A stretch of 64,000 bases of DNA. Source: Candidatus Cloacimonadales bacterium. GTDB lineage: Bacteria; Cloacimonadota; Cloacimonadia; Cloacimonadales; DAONDQ01. Under the pieces are notes generated by a model. It saw only the letters and a list, made by a program, of their open reading frames with translations, made no database searches and had not been told where the DNA came from. A program made the translations under genes and the position numbers. Below are positions 61,575 to 64,000 of the stretch, piece after piece. The stretch covers positions 32,001 to 96,000 of the forward strand of contig OY759316.1 of assembly GCA_963662275.1 (NCBI GenBank), written 5' to 3'. Numbering within the stretch: position 1 is the stretch's first letter; every line of letters starts with the position of its first letter.

Positions 61575-61836
61575 AGCGCGATTTACGAAGTACTAAGTTA
61601 AGAATGAGCAAAGCATGCAGAATGGAAGATTTAAAATTGAAGATGTGCAAAGAAGAAAAGAAGAATTATCGGCAGGTTTTCGCTGCCGAGAATGAAAGGT
61701 CGGTTTGAAGTCCGAATGCCCTTTTAGTTAAGTATTCAATGATAATTTGTTTAGGGCATTTGAACTCCAAACTCTTTGCTTTCATGTAAATTCCGAATTC
61801 TTGCTTTCAAAGGCGATATTACTCATACGTGTTTAT

Positions 61837-61869
61837 AAAAAAGACACCGGCTTTTCAGTCGGTGCCTTT
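61837..61869 (-). terminator. intrinsic terminator
   Basis: Minus strand AGGCACCGACT-gaaa-AGCCGGTGTCTTTTTT. Confidence 0.8.
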
Positions 61870-61883
61870 GTATTTTAATTGTC

Positions 61884-64000
61884 TTATTTAGCCGTTGGGA
61901 GAGCGATTACTCTGAAGAACTTCAGATTGTCCACAGGAGTTTGTTTCCAGGTTACTACACCTGCATCTTCTGCAAATGTCCCGTTGGTTGTGACATCCAA
62001 GAACAGTTCAGTATTAAATGGATCGTTGGATGCTTCCACACGATAAGAAATAGCACCGACAATACTATTCCAGGTTAGGATGACATCAATTCCATCGGTG
62101 GTGATGGTAATCTCTGGTTTATCTAACGTTGTTGAAGCTCCTGTATGTGAACCGATATATGTGAAAGTATCCACATCATATACAGTCCATTCAGAATTTA
62201 CAGTTGTTGTACCGGCTGATGCAGTCCAATCCAGGTTTCCGTGAATTGTTTCTGATTTACGGACAAGAGTATGATCTTTTGTTGCGGTTGTAACTCCTGC
62301 TACATTCCACCCAGCTCCAGGTACGCCTGCGCCAAGTCCAGGTATTCCGACAACATCAATTAACAGCGTATCTGAAGGTGTTATTTTTTTAAATAAACCA
62401 ACAGCATCATTTCCGTTGAAATTGAATGTAATCAAAGAGACATCTGCAACAGCCAAAATAGCTGCATTTGCAGTTGAATGCGATATTACAATCACATCAT
62501 TTGCTGCTAATGTGCCTGTTAAAGCTACTGTTGTTGACCAGGTTGCTCCATTAAAGGCTTCTTTAACTACATATTGGGTCAAATCAATAGTTGAACTTGT
62601 CGGATTATAGATTTCAATCGCTTTGTTATTGCTTGATCCTTCAATATATTCAGAAATGAAAAGTTCAGGTGTTGTTATTACAGCAGTTGTTACAACTGTG
62701 ATTGTATCTGAATTTGCACTTGTTCCAACAGTGTTGACAGCACGCACTCTATAATAGTAAGTCGTTGCAGCAGTAAGTCCTGACACTGCTTGTGTAAGAC
62801 CAGCTACAGTCAGATCATTGAAGCCTGTTACGAAAGAAGCGAATGTAAGAGATGTAGAAACATCCAAACGATAGCTAGTTGCCGTTGCAGAGGCAGCCCA
62901 ATTTGCTGTGAATCCTGTGGTACCGATACTTGTTGCAGCAGAGGCGACCGGAGCAGCAGGAGCGACTGGTGTCGTGCCTGTAATAACAGTAATTGTATTA
63001 GAATTCGCACTGGTTCCATTGGCATCAACAGCACGGACTCTATAATAATAGGTTGTAGTTTCAGATAAACCAGTGACAGATTGTGATAATCCAGCTACTG
63101 TCAAATCTGAATAACCAGTTACTAATGTAAGGAATGTGTTGACAGTGGAAACATCCAGGCGATAGCTTGTTGCTGTTGCGACAGCATTCCACTTCGCTGT
63201 GAAGCTTGTTGTCAGTGTATCGGTGGCAGCGATTGCTACTGGTGCTGTTGGTGGAATTGTAGGCACATTATGCAATCCCAGACCTGATATTGTATCAATT
63301 GGATAGACAATCCATTCTGAACTTGATGAATCCGTTCCAGCAGAGGTAGTCCAATTTGTATTTCCTTTAGTAATGCTTAGTTTGCGGATTAATGTATGGT
63401 TTGCAGTTGCTGTTGTAACACCTGCAACGTTCCAGCCTGTTGCTGTTACTGTATCAGGAAAACCTACAACATCGATCAGTACAGGAGTTATACCTTTAAA
63501 CAGACCAACAGCATCATTACCATTAAAAGTTAGGGCACCTGATGTTAAGTTTGCTAAGGCAAGAATAGCTGAACTGGCTTGATTATGTGAAATCACATAT
63601 ACACCACCAGCAGCCAATGTACCAGTGGGAGAAATACTTGTGGTATTCCAGCCTTCCCCATTTGGTGCAAGCTTCACTTTATATTGTGTCAAATCAATAC
63701 TGGAAGCAGTTGGGTTGTATAATTCAACTGCCTTATTATTGCTGTTACCTTCCAAGTATTCAGAAATGAAAAGGTCGCTTGTTGAAGTAGTATTTGTCAG
63801 GACAGTGATTGTGTTTGAATTATCGCTTGGACCAATAGCATTAACTGCACGAACACGATAGTAATAATTTGTGTTTTCAGCAAGACCTGTAACAGCCTGG
63901 GTGAGACCAGCCACAGTGAGGTCATTATAACCAGTTACAAATGTTCCGAAAGTATCGGAAGTAGATACATCCAAGCGATATCCTGTTGCCTCTGTAACAG
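61884..64000 (-). CDS. large secreted lamin-tail-domain (LTD) plus FN3 repeat protein, 5' part outside window
   Basis: Two LFISEY.EG.SNNKA.E.YNPT...FNGNDAVGL LTD modules; FN3 repeats like those of 52890-57125; frame open to the window edge. Confidence 0.85.
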   Translation of the reverse strand, partial: VTEATGYRLDVSTSDTFGTFVTGYNDLTVAGLTQAVTGLAENTNYYYRVRAVNAIGPSDNSNTITVLTNTTSTSDLFISEYLEGNSNNKAVELYNPTASSIDLTQYKVKLAPNGEGWNTTSISPTGTLAAGGVYVISHNQASSAILALANLTSGALTFNGNDAVGLFKGITPVLIDVVGFPDTVTATGWNVAGVTTATANHTLIRKLSITKGNTNWTTSAGTDSSSSEWIVYPIDTISGLGLHNVPTIPPTAPVAIAATDTLTTSFTAKWNAVATATSYRLDVSTVNTFLTLVTGYSDLTVAGLSQSVTGLSETTTYYYRVRAVDANGTSANSNTITVITGTTPVAPAAPVASAATSIGTTGFTANWAASATATSYRLDVSTSLTFASFVTGFNDLTVAGLTQAVSGLTAATTYYYRVRAVNTVGTSANSDTITVVTTAVITTPELFISEYIEGSSNNKAIEIYNPTSSTIDLTQYVVKEAFNGATWSTTVALTGTLAANDVIVISHSTANAAILAVADVSLITFNFNGNDAVGLFKKITPSDTLLIDVVGIPGLGAGVPGAGWNVAGVTTATKDHTLVRKSETIHGNLDWTASAGTTTVNSEWTVYDVDTFTYIGSHTGASTTLDKPEITITTDGIDVILTWNSIVGAISYRVEASNDPFNTELFLDVTTNGTFAEDAGVVTWKQTPVDNLKFFRVIALPTAK

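Overview
AT-rich bacterial chromosomal window. The gene content suggests an anaerobic, amino-acid-fermenting FCB-group organism, most likely Candidatus Cloacimonadota (inference): lysine fermentation kdd-kamA-kamB, porX-tsaE, and secreted proteins with FlgD/T9SS-like 'YPNPFNPET' C-terminal domains. Housekeeping genes include comEA, an M3 oligoendopeptidase, rmuC, leuS, tsaE, panB, tgt and rseP. Two complete IS elements are present: an IS256/ISH6-like element with an 8-bp target duplication, and an IS1182-family element. There are two accessory or defence islands. The first (32.4-41.7 kb) has a Type III-like res...mod pair split by a RelE/HigA-type toxin-antitoxin module and followed by a small HNH gene. 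The second (57.1-61.7 kb) has an ABC-type ATPase plus a PD-(D/E)xK-like partner bracketed by ~46-bp direct repeats, then a 5'-truncated HEPN gene with a small partner. Two tandem secreted endonuclease-I paralogs and a lamin-tail/FN3 protein flank the second island. The intergenic DNA is densely packed with small repeat families (GTAG/GTGG-REP hairpins, heptamer arrays, CCCTC..GAGGG hairpins), some nested as inverted pairs. Other points of note are a probable non-canonical ATT start for tgt, a +1 frameshift at the start of one transposase, and a second, non-FlgD C-terminal domain shared by two unrelated secreted proteins. No rRNA, tRNA, CRISPR array or reverse transcriptase was recognised. All family assignments come from reading motifs by eye, not from database searches.
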